DNA of 64,000 nt from positions 6,249 to 70,248 of the forward strand of contig JAJDJJ010000001.1 of the NCBI GenBank assembly GCA_030267125.1, in the 5' to 3' direction. The position numbers and the translations under genes are program-made. Positions 1-10,869 of this stretch are shown here, one piece after another. The notes beneath the pieces are model-generated. The model made no database searches, was not told the origin of the DNA, and was given only the letters and a program-made list of their open reading frames with translations. Within the stretch, counting starts at the first letter, position 1. Each line of letters starts with the position of its first letter. This DNA comes from Bacteroidales bacterium OttesenSCG-928-B11 (GTDB lineage Bacteria; Bacteroidota; Bacteroidia; Bacteroidales; WCHB1-69).

Positions 1-2
1 CG

Positions 3-1025
3 GTTGAAAACCGTGAGAATATCGTGACTTGCAACGAAGGCGCCATCCCGATCGAAGAGTGGGATTTCTTAGAAAAGATCGCTCTTGAAAAGTATGGGGT
101 AAATTGTAAAGCATTGGTTTATCGCAATGATATGAACGGCGGCACCAATACATTTAAAGACGTAGCGGCAGCATTAGCCGCTACGGTTTTTAAAGAAAAC
201 GATGTGCCGGAATATTGTGTGGCTTCCACAGGAAACACGGCAACGGCATATAGCAAATACCTGGCTCTCGCCGGTGTCAAAATTACGGTTTTTGTTCCTA
301 ATGACGTTACGGAAGATTCAGTGAATGAGATTCGTGGCTATGGACAAAACGTGGTTGTGGTGGACGGCAATTATGCGTATGCGAAGAAGATGGCTGCCGA
401 GTTTCACGAACAGAATAAAGTGTTGATGTCGGCGGGAAATATCGATCCGATACGTGTGGAGGCGAAGAAAACGATGGTTTTTGAATTTATGCGCCAGTTG
501 GGCAAGATGCCCGACGTTTACCTGCAGGCGGTGAGCGGTGGCACTGGCCCGATCGCCATTGATAAGGGCGTGCGTGAAATCCGGGGTACCTATCCCGAAG
601 TTGAGCTTCCTCGTATCTTATTGGTTCAACAAGATCTGTGCGACCCGATGGTGCAGGGTTGGGAGAATGCCGAATCCAATGGTTTTCCTGAGGGTTATGA
701 AAAGGAATATCCTATTATTGAAAACCCGAAAACAGAAGTTTCCATTTTGTCAACCGGCAATCCCGGTATGTTTCCTGTTGTTGCTCCGATCGTTAAGAAA
801 TCCGGTGGCGCTTTCCTGCGCGTGAAAGAGGCGGAATTAGTTGATCTGGCGAAAAAGGTTTATCAGGAGCGTAATATCCATTTAGGTCCCGCCTCCGTTG
901 TCTGTTTGCTTGGCTTTTTCGAAGCACTCAAACAAGGTAAGATTAATGATGGCGAAACGGTGTTGATCAATACCGGTGAAGGCGCGGATCGAGCGCGGAA
1001 ATTTAAAAAAACATATACCGAATGA
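3..1025 (+). CDS. Threonine-synthase-like PLP-dependent enzyme, 5'-truncated by window edge (possibly cysteate synthase-like)
   Basis: The reading frame stays open back to nt 3, upstream of the GTG at 24. It has a PLP-lysine motif (GGTNTFKD) and ASTGNTATAYSKY...VFVP and SGGTGP loops typical of the Trp-synthase-beta/Thr-synthase fold. Confidence 0.6.
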   Translation, partial: VENRENIVTCNEGAIPIEEWDFLEKIALEKYGVNCKALVYRNDMNGGTNTFKDVAAALAATVFKENDVPEYCVASTGNTATAYSKYLALAGVKITVFVPNDVTEDSVNEIRGYGQNVVVVDGNYAYAKKMAAEFHEQNKVLMSAGNIDPIRVEAKKTMVFEFMRQLGKMPDVYLQAVSGGTGPIAIDKGVREIRGTYPEVELPRILLVQQDLCDPMVQGWENAESNGFPEGYEKEYPIIENPKTEVSILSTGNPGMFPVVAPIVKKSGGAFLRVKEAELVDLAKKVYQERNIHLGPASVVCLLGFFEALKQGKINDGETVLINTGEGADRARKFKKTYTE

Positions 1026-1825
1026 AAAAACGTTTCAATGATAAAATAGTATGGATTACCGGAGCCTCTTCAGGAATTGGAGAGGCGTGTGCGTATGATT
1101 TTGCCAAGGAAGGAGCTAAACTGATATTGACAGCCTTGGAAGCGGACATATTGGAGAATGTGAAAACGAAATGCCTTGAACTGGGCGCGCCGGATGTGTT
1201 GCCATTGCCGTTTGATCTCTCTAAAGTGGATGAAGTGGAAGCATTAGCCAATCAAGCATGGGCGCATTTCGGACGGATTGATGTTTTATACAACAATGCG
1301 GGCATTAGTCAGCGGGGAAATACTATTGATACGGATATGAATGTAATTAACAAAATAATGGATGTTAATTACTTTACTCCCGTGATTTTAACAAAAACAT
1401 TGTTGCCAAAGATGATTGCGCAAGGCGGAGGACAGTTGGTGGTGACCACCAGCATAGCCGGACGTTTCGGATTCCCGTTGCGTTGCGCTTATTCGTCATC
1501 TAAACATGCGCTGTATGGTTTTTTTGAAACAGTGCAAGCAGAATATTACGATCAGAATATTCGTGTGACTATTGTTTGTCCGGGGCGGGTGCAGACTAAA
1601 ATTTCATTCTATGCGCTGGAAAAAGACGGCTCACAACACGGCAAGTTGGATAAGGGACAAGCAGGTGGCGTTACTGCCGAACAAGCCGGTCGAAAAATAG
1701 TCAACGCTGTAGCCAAACGGAAACGGGAGGTGCTGGTTGGGCGAAAAGAACTGCTAATGGCCTATATTAAAAGATTTTTCCCTGGTTTAGCTGCGAAAAT
1801 GGCTAGAAATCTTAATCCCATGTAA
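1022..1825 (+). CDS. Short-chain dehydrogenase/reductase (SDR)
   Basis: Contains TGASSGIGEA (TGxxxGxG cofactor motif), NNAG and the YSSSK (YxxxK) catalytic motif. Its start overlaps the upstream gene by 4 nt (ATGA). Confidence 0.85.
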   Translation: MKKRFNDKIVWITGASSGIGEACAYDFAKEGAKLILTALEADILENVKTKCLELGAPDVLPLPFDLSKVDEVEALANQAWAHFGRIDVLYNNAGISQRGNTIDTDMNVINKIMDVNYFTPVILTKTLLPKMIAQGGGQLVVTTSIAGRFGFPLRCAYSSSKHALYGFFETVQAEYYDQNIRVTIVCPGRVQTKISFYALEKDGSQHGKLDKGQAGGVTAEQAGRKIVNAVAKRKREVLVGRKELLMAYIKRFFPGLAAKMARNLNPM

Positions 1826-1898
1826 TAGAAATGATGCCTGATCCGGCACTTTTCTCCTTGCATTTTCGTACCTTTGCACGCTTTTTTAATATGTGTTT

Positions 1899-4724
1899 AT
1901 GAGTGATGGATTTATCGAGATAAAAGGTGCGAAAGTAAATAACCTTAAAAATATTGATGTGGAAATTCCGCGCAATCAGTTGATTGTGATTACCGGATTG
2001 TCCGGTTCAGGAAAAACATCATTGGCGTTTGACACATTGTATGCGGAAGGACAACGCCGCTATGTGGAGAGTTTGAGTTCTTATGCGCGCCAGTTTATGG
2101 GGAAAATTTCCAAACCCGAAGTTGAGTACATCAAAGGTATTCCCCCCGCCATCGCCATAGAACAGAAGGTGATCAGTCGGAATCTCCGTTCTACTGTAGG
2201 AACAACTTCTGAAATTTATGAATACCTCAAATTGTTGTTTGCCCGTATCGGGAAGACCCATTCGCCGGTCAGCGGCAAGGAGGTGAAGCGACATAACGTG
2301 GGCGATGTTATGCAGTATGTTCAAAAGCAACCCACATCTTCTAGAATATATATTCTTTCTCCCATCCATCTTGTTTCGGGACGCAATTTGAATGAACAGT
2401 TGGAGATACTTCAAAAACAGGGATTCAATAAAATAATGTATTACAAAAAGGTTGTTGATATAGAAGAGTTGTTGCCGAAGTTGCGCAAAGCCAACCAAAA
2501 CACCAATGTTTTTTTATTGATCGACCGGATCAAGGCTGAATCAGTGGCCGGCAACCTTACCCGTTTGGCGGATTCAATACAAATCGCTTTCAAAGAAGGT
2601 AAAGGGGAATGCGTGATACAAGTTGAAGATGAGTCTATTTCGCAGAAACATTTCAGTAACCTTTTTGAACTGGACGGTATTGCTTTCGAGGAACCGTCAC
2701 TTAATCTTTTCAGTTTTAACAATCCTTATGGTGCATGTAAAAAATGCGGTGGTTCCGGTGTGATAGACGGGATTAGTCCCGACTTAGTGATTCCGGATCC
2801 CTCGTTGTCGGTTTATGATGGTGGAGTGGTGTGTTGGCGTGGCGAAAAGATGGGCGAATGGCAGAAGTACTTCATCCTCAATGCCGGTAAGAAAGGATTT
2901 CCTGCCCACAGAGCCATCGAAGATTTGTCGCCGGAAGAGTACGAGCTGTTGTGGAATGGCGATGAGCCAAATGATATATACGGGATCAACCATTTTTTTA
3001 AATTTGTAGAGAATAATATTTATAAGATACAATATAGGGTGATGCAATCGCGTTATCGCGGACGTACTGTTTGCCCCGAATGCCACGGAACACACCTGCG
3101 CGCAGATGCCAATTATGTGAAAATCAGGAATAAATCCATTACGGATATTGTTACAACACCGATTGATGAAGTGCACGATTTTTTCTCGTCATTTAAGTAT
3201 AAAAGTCAAGAAGAGGCACAAATAGCTACCCATATCATCCATGAAATTGTTAAAAGAACCGGTTTTTTAGTCGATGTGGGATTGGGGTACTTAACACTGA
3301 ATCGCGGCAGCCGGACACTGTCGGGAGGGGAATCGCAACGCATCAACTTGGCGACGGCGCTGGGGAGCAGTTTGGTGGGGTCTCTCTATATTTTGGACGA
3401 ACCCAGCATTGGGTTGCACTGCCGTGATACGGCCAATCTCATCAAGGTTTTGGAAAGATTGCGCGATATTGGAAATACCGTGGTGGTCGTGGAACATGAC
3501 GAAGATATCATCCGGAAAGCGGATTATATTATAGATATTGGGCCGAAAGCGGGGCGGTTAGGAGGGAATGTGGTTTTTAAAGGTGTGATAGAAGATTTGT
3601 TGAAGGGGAACGAGAGTCTGACGGCGGAATACCTTCGAGGGATGGAAAATCCGAACGCGCCGGATACCCGTACTATCCCATTGCCCGAGAGACGCAGGAA
3701 ATGGCGGAATAGCATCGAGATTGTCGGTGCGAAGGAACATAATCTGAAAAATATCAACGTGAAGATACCCCTGGAGGTTTTTGTGGTGGTGACCGGTGTG
3801 AGTGGATCGGGGAAAACCACATTGATTCGTAATATTCTCTACCCGGCATTGCAACGCCAATTGGATGGCAGCAGTGAAGCCCCCGGCAAGCATACCCGCA
3901 TCGAGTTCGATCCCAACACCATTTCCGAAGTGGTGATGGTGGATCAAAATCCCATAGGACGTTCGTCAAGATCAAATCCGGTGACTTATATTAAAGCTTA
4001 CGATGATATTCGCGAATTATACGCTTCCCAACCACTGGCAAAACAGCGGAATTATAAATCCAGCTTCTTCTCAATGAATGTAAATGGAGGTCGGTGTGAA
4101 GAGTGCCAAGGCGATGGATTTGTAAATATCAGCATGCAATTTATGGCCGATATTCAACTCGAATGCCCCGAATGCGAAGGCAAACGTTTCAAAGATGAGG
4201 TGCTGGATGTTAAAGTCGACAAGGTTGCAATCAACGAGGTGCTTGATATGACGATTAATCAAGCGGTAGATTTTTTTGAAAATATAAAAGACAGCAAGCC
4301 CGCCGCACATGCGGTCAACAAGCTGAAATATTTGCAAGAGGTAGGATTGGGCTATTTGAAGCTGGGGCAATCATCTTCCACCTTGTCGAATGGCGAGGCG
4401 CAGCGCGTGAAATTGGCATACTACCTATCACACGAGAATAGCACGCACAAGAGCCTTTTTATTTTCGACGAACCAACCACCGGTTTGCATTTTCATGATA
4501 TCAACAAGCTTTACCAATCATTCAACAAATTGATCGAACAGGGGAACTCCATCATTGTTATTGAACACAATCCCGAAATTATCAAGTGTGCCGACTGGAT
4601 CATCGATCTTGGTCCCGAGGGCGGTAGCGGTGGTGGTAATATTGTATTCGAGGGCCTCCCCGAGAAGATAGTGAAAGTGAAGAAATCGTACACGGGACGC
4701 TGCCTTGAGGGAAAAGTGAAGTAA
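1899..4724 (+). CDS. uvrA: Excinuclease ABC subunit A
   Basis: Two ABC ATPase modules are present (GLSGSGKTSLAFDTLYAEGQRRYVESLSSYARQF; second Walker A GVSGSGKTTL; LSGGE/LSNGE signatures). Zinc-finger Cys clusters are present (CKKCGGSG, CPECHG, CEECQGDG...CPECEG). The length is canonical at about 940 aa. The ATG at 1899 is preferred over the GTG at 1893. Confidence 0.93.
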   Translation: MSDGFIEIKGAKVNNLKNIDVEIPRNQLIVITGLSGSGKTSLAFDTLYAEGQRRYVESLSSYARQFMGKISKPEVEYIKGIPPAIAIEQKVISRNLRSTVGTTSEIYEYLKLLFARIGKTHSPVSGKEVKRHNVGDVMQYVQKQPTSSRIYILSPIHLVSGRNLNEQLEILQKQGFNKIMYYKKVVDIEELLPKLRKANQNTNVFLLIDRIKAESVAGNLTRLADSIQIAFKEGKGECVIQVEDESISQKHFSNLFELDGIAFEEPSLNLFSFNNPYGACKKCGGSGVIDGISPDLVIPDPSLSVYDGGVVCWRGEKMGEWQKYFILNAGKKGFPAHRAIEDLSPEEYELLWNGDEPNDIYGINHFFKFVENNIYKIQYRVMQSRYRGRTVCPECHGTHLRADANYVKIRNKSITDIVTTPIDEVHDFFSSFKYKSQEEAQIATHIIHEIVKRTGFLVDVGLGYLTLNRGSRTLSGGESQRINLATALGSSLVGSLYILDEPSIGLHCRDTANLIKVLERLRDIGNTVVVVEHDEDIIRKADYIIDIGPKAGRLGGNVVFKGVIEDLLKGNESLTAEYLRGMENPNAPDTRTIPLPERRRKWRNSIEIVGAKEHNLKNINVKIPLEVFVVVTGVSGSGKTTLIRNILYPALQRQLDGSSEAPGKHTRIEFDPNTISEVVMVDQNPIGRSSRSNPVTYIKAYDDIRELYASQPLAKQRNYKSSFFSMNVNGGRCEECQGDGFVNISMQFMADIQLECPECEGKRFKDEVLDVKVDKVAINEVLDMTINQAVDFFENIKDSKPAAHAVNKLKYLQEVGLGYLKLGQSSSTLSNGEAQRVKLAYYLSHENSTHKSLFIFDEPTTGLHFHDINKLYQSFNKLIEQGNSIIVIEHNPEIIKCADWIIDLGPEGGSGGGNIVFEGLPEKIVKVKKSYTGRCLEGKVK

Positions 4725-4784
4725 AAAAAGAAAGTTCCTTTAGATAGTTGTCAACATTTGTCTTTTGCGGTAATATCCCTACTC

Positions 4785-5411
4785 TTATTCTGATAATGTT
4801 AGTGTTATCGCTTCGGGGTGAGAGGTGATAGTAGGCATAGACCTTCGGATTCTCACCAAAACGCCATCATCCACATTGATTATTAGCAGCAGGTAGTCGG
4901 TTTTTGCAAATTTTCCGGTTTTATGGAGGCAGGCGTAGAGACTGTTCCCGCGGAGTGATTGCTCGGCATAATTGAAATAGTGGGAGATTTTTGTTGCGGT
5001 CTCATTATCAATGCCTTTTCGTAAGGATGAAGGCGAAAGAGCCGGTAAGAAGGCGTTAAACGAAAGGCTGTCTTTTCGAGATGAGCGCCAAGTTAGGATT
5101 TCCCAGTCTTTATACTTTTTTTCTTGTTTCGGGTGGGCGAAAAATTGCGTATCCGGGGATTCCAAATAACGTATGTCGTTTGGACTTAATGAGGTGATGC
5201 TCATTACTAATTGATTGTTTCCTAATGGGATAGGTGTTTCATACTCGAAATGCAATATGGTTCTTTCTAACGGGAATCCGAAAAGTGTGCTGTCTTGGTT
5301 CTTTTCGGAATTGAAGATTGCGGCAATAACCAAGATGATGATGGCTGTGGCGGCTAAAATACCTGAAATGAGTCGAAAATATTCTTTAAATAGGATGAGG
5401 AACTTACTCAT
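4785..5411 (-). CDS. Hypothetical N-terminally membrane-anchored protein
   Basis: A 208-aa ORF with a single N-terminal hydrophobic helix (ISGILAATAIIILVIAAIF). It overlaps the upstream TPR gene's stop by 8 nt. No recognisable motif. Confidence 0.45.
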   Translation of the reverse strand: MSKFLILFKEYFRLISGILAATAIIILVIAAIFNSEKNQDSTLFGFPLERTILHFEYETPIPLGNNQLVMSITSLSPNDIRYLESPDTQFFAHPKQEKKYKDWEILTWRSSRKDSLSFNAFLPALSPSSLRKGIDNETATKISHYFNYAEQSLRGNSLYACLHKTGKFAKTDYLLLIINVDDGVLVRIRRSMPTITSHPEAITLTLSE

Positions 5412-6810
5412 TTTTCTGAATTTTATCTTTGATTTCAGGTGTGTTAATTCCTTTTCGTTGCGCTTGTTTCCAGTATTTTACAGCTTCGGATTTGTTTCCG
5501 GACAGCAGGTATGCGTCGCCGAGCGAGGCGGAAATAGCTGCCGATAAATGTTGGTCGAAAGCAAACATTGATGCTTGGTTTAGATAGTCGATTGCCTTGT
5601 CGCTTTGTTTCAGTTGGAGATACGCATAACCAACGTTGTATAATACTTCCGCATGGGTAGGGAAGAGTTCGGAAAGCTCTTCCGCGTTATTTACAATAGT
5701 TTGATACTCTTTTGATTGCATTAAAACATAGAGATAATCAGCCCAAACGGTGTAATCCGTATTGTCTAACGATAGAATTTTCTCGAACGTGATCCGGGCA
5801 TCGGTGTAGTTTTCTTTCAGGAATTGTGTTGCGGCAACGATTTTCCATCCTTCTATGGCATCCGGATGTGCCTCAGTCAGCGCGTCGGCCAGTTGCCTCG
5901 TCTTTTTCATCGCTTTCTCATCCTTTGATTTGAATGCCTCGTTGAAATAGGCGTGCATTTCCGTCATTTTATTGGCGATAGGCAGATTCGGGTCTTTGAA
6001 AGCGGTGAGCAGCGCTTTGTATGCTTCTTCTTTTTTCCCTTTGCGTTCGTAGTAGTCGGAGAGCGCCAAATTGACTGATGCGTTGTTTTTGTCCTTATCC
6101 AGTGCGGTTTGCAGGTAGGGGTAAGCCTTGTCGGGCAGATTGTTGATCATGTAAATCTTAGCGATCTCTACATAATATTTCAGCTCTTCGGGGTATTTGG
6201 CGATCAGCTTTTCATATTCGTTCACCGCATTTTTAATGTCATTCTGAAAAAGGAAAATGCTCTTTTTTATTTCAGCCAACTCATCATGATGTCCGATGAG
6301 GTTTTCCAAACGATCGTAAGTTTTGATGGCATCGCTATATTTTTCCTGTTGTATGTAGCTTTCAGCCAAAGCGATCAGGTAATATTCGTTTTCCGGCTTC
6401 AGCTTTGCCGCCTCTTCCCATAGTTTTGCCGATTGTTTGTAATCACGTAAATGATCTTGAACCGTTGCCATTTCGATCAGATACCATTCGTTACTCTTGT
6501 CAATCTTCCGTGCTTCTTCGAGATAATAGGCAGCTCCGTCGTAGTCTTTTTGCGTGCTCCGGATTTTACTCAGCATGTAAAATGCGGCGTCGTTTTTCGG
6601 ATTTTTCGAGATAACTTCCCTGAAGTCCTTTTCAGCCTGTGTGAAATTATCCGAATAGAAAGCCCGCAATCCATCCGCATAAACGATAGACTGTTTTCGC
6701 TGTTCATCGCTAAATACAGGCAAATCCTCTTGGCGAGCCCGTTTTTGTGCCTCCATAGAAAATGATGCGAGAAGTAGGATTGCCAGTAAGAAAAGTTTGG
6801 TTTTATTCAT
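5404..6810 (-). CDS. Secreted tetratricopeptide-repeat (TPR) protein
   Basis: Has a signal peptide ([22 protein letters not shown]). Repeated 34-aa A/Y/L-patterned helices run throughout (e.g. AAFYMLSKI..., YYLIALAESYIQQEKYSDAIKTY). Confidence 0.75.
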   Translation of the reverse strand: MNKTKLFLLAILLLASFSMEAQKRARQEDLPVFSDEQRKQSIVYADGLRAFYSDNFTQAEKDFREVISKNPKNDAAFYMLSKIRSTQKDYDGAAYYLEEARKIDKSNEWYLIEMATVQDHLRDYKQSAKLWEEAAKLKPENEYYLIALAESYIQQEKYSDAIKTYDRLENLIGHHDELAEIKKSIFLFQNDIKNAVNEYEKLIAKYPEELKYYVEIAKIYMINNLPDKAYPYLQTALDKDKNNASVNLALSDYYERKGKKEEAYKALLTAFKDPNLPIANKMTEMHAYFNEAFKSKDEKAMKKTRQLADALTEAHPDAIEGWKIVAATQFLKENYTDARITFEKILSLDNTDYTVWADYLYVLMQSKEYQTIVNNAEELSELFPTHAEVLYNVGYAYLQLKQSDKAIDYLNQASMFAFDQHLSAAISASLGDAYLLSGNKSEAVKYWKQAQRKGINTPEIKDKIQKNE

Positions 6811-7244
6811 TATTTCCTCCCGCTATGTCCAAATCCCCCTTCGCCTCTTTCCGTCTCGTTAAGTTCATTAACTTCAACCCATTCCACGCGTTCGTGTTTA
6901 GCTATAACCATTTGGGCAACTCGTTCGCCATCGGTGACCTCGAATTCTTCATTTGATAGATTGGCAAGAATGATCTTGATCTCCCCGCGGTAGTCGGCGT
7001 CAATAGTGCCGGGGGCATTAACGATGGTTATGCCATGTTTGGCAGCCAAACCGCTCCTTGGACGAATCTGCGCCTCATATCCAATGGGTAATTCGATGAA
7101 TAATCCGGTGGGGATTAGAGTGCGCTCTAATGGTTTTAATAAAACCGGAGTGTCTAAGTTCGCCCGTAAATCCATGCCGGCGGCGTGTAATGTCGCATAT
7201 TCGGGTAGAGGATGTTTGGATTTATTTATAATCTTGCATTGCAT
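6810..7244 (-). CDS. dut: dUTP diphosphatase
   Basis: All classical dUTPase motifs are present: [37 protein letters not shown] and [11 protein letters not shown]. Confidence 0.95.
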   Translation of the reverse strand: MQCKIINKSKHPLPEYATLHAAGMDLRANLDTPVLLKPLERTLIPTGLFIELPIGYEAQIRPRSGLAAKHGITIVNAPGTIDADYRGEIKIILANLSNEEFEVTDGERVAQMVIAKHERVEWVEVNELNETERGEGGFGHSGRK

Positions 7245-7249
7245 AATGT

Positions 7250-8722
7250 TTATCGTTTTATTATGGTTAAAATATATTTTTTATCGATCAAAAATAGTGT
7301 TATAGCATAGAAAATGATCAGCACAGTGTGGAAGATCAATTTCCAAATTAATGACTCGAAGTGAAATAACGTTGAGAAGAGGTAGATAGCCACGGCATAT
7401 AAAATGTATAGTATGATTCGCCACACTTTGTAGTCTACATAATAATATTTTTGTCCGAAAAGGTACGAGACCACCACCATGGCAAAGTAGCAGGCGAAGG
7501 TGGCCCATGCCGATCCGGTATAACCCAGTATGGGGATTAATATAATGTTTAATATCAGTGTGATAGCCGCTCCCATGATGGAGATGTATGCGCCGGCTTT
7601 GGTTCTGTCCGTCAATTTATACCAAATCGAGAGGTTGTAGAATATGCCAAGGAAAAGATTGGCTAACAGTAAGATAGGAACGATGTGCAATCCCACGCGA
7701 TATGACTCTCCTACGAAATATTGCACAATGTCCATGTAGAGCATGATGCCTAAAAAGATGAGTGAACAGACCATCACAAAAATCGACATCACATCAGAGT
7801 AGGTCTGCTTGGCGTCCGCGTCTTTCGCTTTGTTGAAAAAATAAGGCTCGGCAGCGTATTTGAAAGCTTGAATGAAGAGCGTCATCATGATAGAGATCTT
7901 ATAACAAGCGCTATAGATTCCGACATTGGCTTGTGCAACCTCCGGCGGAGAGAGCCTCCGTAATAAAATCCGGTCCATTGTTTCATTGACGATACCCGCT
8001 AATCCGAAGATCATCAGGGGTAAACCATACGCCATCATCTGTTTCCATAACTCTTTGTCAAACGAAATTTTAACCTTGAAAAGTTCGGGTAACAATACGC
8101 ACAAAGTCACGATGCTTGCCACCAAATTGGCCACAAAAATATATCCCACTCCAATTTCAGGATTGTAAATGGCGGAAACAAAACCAGGCGCGATATTTTC
8201 TTGGAGTAGGTAAGGGCAAAGCAATAAAAAGAAAAGATTTAGGATGATACTGGTCAGGATATTGACGATTTTAACAAATGCGAAGCGCAACGGCCGCATC
8301 TGAAGCCGCAACGACGCGAAGAAAATCGAAGTGAAGGCGTCGATGGCAATGATGATCGAGAGCCATGTCACATATTCGGGATTATTCGGATAGTCCAAAC
8401 CTACCGCTATTTGTTTGGAAAAAGTGGTAGATAGGACAATGAAAATCAGAGAGGAAGTTAGTAGCGAAAGCGCTACGGTGGAGAAGCATTTTTTCTTATA
8501 CTCCTCGATTTGTGAAAATCGGAAAAACGCGGTCTCCATGCCGTAGGTGAGGATCACCATGAAAAGGCTAACCCAAGCGTAGAGTTCACTCACAATGCCG
8601 TACTGCTCGGGAGCGAAAAGATAGGTGTGCAAGGGGACAAGGAGGTAATTGAGCAGCCGTCCCACGATTGTGGGTGCGCCGTATAGTACTGTTTGTCCCG
8701 CTAAATCTTTAATTGCAGCCAA
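7250..8722 (-). CDS. MOP-superfamily polysaccharide/oligosaccharide flippase (Wzx/MurJ-like)
   Basis: A 490-aa polytopic membrane protein with about 12-14 hydrophobic segments. Size and architecture fit polysaccharide biosynthesis transporters. Confidence 0.6.
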   Translation of the reverse strand: MAAIKDLAGQTVLYGAPTIVGRLLNYLLVPLHTYLFAPEQYGIVSELYAWVSLFMVILTYGMETAFFRFSQIEEYKKKCFSTVALSLLTSSLIFIVLSTTFSKQIAVGLDYPNNPEYVTWLSIIIAIDAFTSIFFASLRLQMRPLRFAFVKIVNILTSIILNLFFLLLCPYLLQENIAPGFVSAIYNPEIGVGYIFVANLVASIVTLCVLLPELFKVKISFDKELWKQMMAYGLPLMIFGLAGIVNETMDRILLRRLSPPEVAQANVGIYSACYKISIMMTLFIQAFKYAAEPYFFNKAKDADAKQTYSDVMSIFVMVCSLIFLGIMLYMDIVQYFVGESYRVGLHIVPILLLANLFLGIFYNLSIWYKLTDRTKAGAYISIMGAAITLILNIILIPILGYTGSAWATFACYFAMVVVSYLFGQKYYYVDYKVWRIILYILYAVAIYLFSTLFHFESLIWKLIFHTVLIIFYAITLFLIDKKYILTIIKR

Positions 8723-8954
8723 TTTTTATCTTTTGAAAAACGATTGCAAAAGTATGAAAAAAGACGTAACCTTTTTTTTGCTACTTTCGCGGCGTTAAAA
8801 AATCTTAACGAAATATAATGAATCAAAAAGGGATGCTGCAAAAGCATTGAAAAATCTAATCATTAAGGATGGAAAAAAAGACAGATAAAAACAGGTCTTT
8901 GTATTCTTTGTGGCAAGAAAGCAGTAGTTGCACTTCCCCTGATAATCAAAAATA

Positions 8955-9920
8955 ATGAACATGAAAAAAAGATTATTAGTATTGATAACGCTTGCTTCCA
9001 TCGTATTAGCAATGACAGGCTGCGGGCCTAAAACCAAAAAGAATAAAGATGGATTGGATGGGGAGATCACGATTTCGGGAGCTTTTGCGCTTTATCCGTT
9101 GGTGGTGAAATGGGCGGAAGAGTTTAATAAGATACATCCGGATGTGAAAATAGATATTTCCGCCGGTGGCGCAGGCAAAGGGATGACCGACGCGCTTTCC
9201 AGCATGGCCGATCTTGGTATGGTTTCCCGCGATATTTACCCCTCGGAAGTGGAAAAAGGCGCGGTGGCTTTTGCTGTGGCTAAAGATGCCGTGGTGCCGA
9301 CCATCAATGCGGATAACCCTGTCATGAATGACATTCTCAAAATAGGCCTTTCCCGCGAGGGAGCGATCAGCCTTTGGTTGGGGAACAATGTTAAAACCTG
9401 GGAGCAGCTCTTAGGCACAAGCGGAAACACGTCGTTGCATCTTTATACGCGCTCGGATGCGTGCGGAGCGGCGGAAACATGGGGCGCATGGTTCGGCGCA
9501 AAGCAAGAGGACTTAGAGGGTACGGCTGTTTATGGTGACCCGGGGTTAGCGCAAGCCATCCAGAAAGATAAACTCGGCATTGGATATAATAATCTTAGCT
9601 ACGCTTACGACGAGAAGAGCCGGAAGTTGAATCCGGGGTTAAGTATTATTCCGCTTGATGTGAACGGTAACGGACAAATTGACCCGGAAGAGTTTTTCTA
9701 TGATACAAAAGACGAAATTGTTGCAGCCATTGCCGATGGTCGCTATCCGTCACCGCCGGCACGTGAACTTTTCTTGGTGTCCAAAGGTGTTCCCGAAAAA
9801 GCGGAGGTGCGGGCTTTTATGGAGTTTGTGATGACAAAAGGCCAGGAGTTTAATATCCCCGTGGGTTATATCAACTTGCCACAGGAAACACTGGAAAAAG
9901 GACTGGAGATGTTGAAGTAG
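8955..9920 (+). CDS. pstS: Phosphate ABC transporter substrate-binding lipoprotein
   Basis: Has a lipoprotein signal (LAMTGC). PBP-like region: ISGAFALYPLV...ISAGGAGKGMTD. It sits immediately upstream of pstC/A/B. Confidence 0.85.
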   Translation: MNMKKRLLVLITLASIVLAMTGCGPKTKKNKDGLDGEITISGAFALYPLVVKWAEEFNKIHPDVKIDISAGGAGKGMTDALSSMADLGMVSRDIYPSEVEKGAVAFAVAKDAVVPTINADNPVMNDILKIGLSREGAISLWLGNNVKTWEQLLGTSGNTSLHLYTRSDACGAAETWGAWFGAKQEDLEGTAVYGDPGLAQAIQKDKLGIGYNNLSYAYDEKSRKLNPGLSIIPLDVNGNGQIDPEEFFYDTKDEIVAAIADGRYPSPPARELFLVSKGVPEKAEVRAFMEFVMTKGQEFNIPVGYINLPQETLEKGLEMLK

Positions 9921-9972
9921 AAAAAAGAGAGTACTCCTGAAATGCAGATAACTGTTCGATAAGTAATAAGCA

Positions 9973-10869
9973 ATGGGAACCAATTTCCGAATCATACGAG
10001 ACAAGAGCGCGGGAGGATTAATGTTTATCCTCCTCATTTTATCTATAGCACTCCTTATTGCTATGGGGATTGGGTTGTATTGGAAGGCCGCGCCTGTTTT
10101 TGAAGGCCGCGCATTGAAGGAACTGCTTTTTTCTGCCAATTGGAAGCCGCTGAAGGGTGAATTTGGATTTCTTCCCTTTGTGATGGGGACGCTGTGGGTG
10201 ACCGGTATCGCTGTTTTATTAGCGCTTCCTGTATCTTTGTTGGCAGCCACTTTCCTTACAGAGTACGCTAAGCCATTTGTTAAAAAATATGTTTTCCCCG
10301 CATTAGATATTTTAGCGGCGCTACCCTCTGTGGTTTACGGAGTTTGGGGAACGCTAATCATTGTGCCGTGGATTTCGGAGAAATTGGCGCCACTATTTGT
10401 GGAACACTCCACAGGATACAGTGCTTTAGCCGGAGGTATTGTATTGGGTGTAATGATCCTGCCATTATTAGTCAGCCTCTTCATCGAGCTTTTCTCCGCG
10501 GTGCCCAATGATTTGCGGGAAGCTTCGCTTGGATTAGGAGCTACCAAATGGCAAACCACGCAAAAGGTGGTGCTGAAAAAAACGATTCCCGGAATGATTG
10601 CCGCCGTGGTACTAGCGATCTCCCGGGCATTCGGTGAGACGATCGCCGTATTGATGGTGTGTGGGAACTTGGCGCAAGTACCCCATTCCCTGTTCGATCC
10701 TGTTTACCCCATTCCGGCACTGATTGCCAATAACTACGGAGAAATGTTATCCCTTCCATTATATGAGGCAGCCTTGATGTTTGCGGCGCTCATACTCTTT
10801 GTTGTCGTGTTGTTGTTTAATGTGGCATCCCGTATGGTTTTATACAGAATTGAGAAAAAAGCAAGCTGA
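9973..10869 (+). CDS. pstC: Phosphate ABC transporter permease
   Basis: A six-TM permease with the EAA-like loop (EASLGLGATKWQT). Its position in the pst operon supports the call. Confidence 0.85.
   Translation: MGTNFRIIRDKSAGGLMFILLILSIALLIAMGIGLYWKAAPVFEGRALKELLFSANWKPLKGEFGFLPFVMGTLWVTGIAVLLALPVSLLAATFLTEYAKPFVKKYVFPALDILAALPSVVYGVWGTLIIVPWISEKLAPLFVEHSTGYSALAGGIVLGVMILPLLVSLFIELFSAVPNDLREASLGLGATKWQTTQKVVLKKTIPGMIAAVVLAISRAFGETIAVLMVCGNLAQVPHSLFDPVYPIPALIANNYGEMLSLPLYEAALMFAALILFVVVLLFNVASRMVLYRIEKKAS

Noticed and set aside
8795-9070. 91-aa minus-strand ORF overlapping the pstS start region
   Set aside because: It overlaps the well-supported pstS signal-peptide region and the intergenic promoter DNA, and has no motif.
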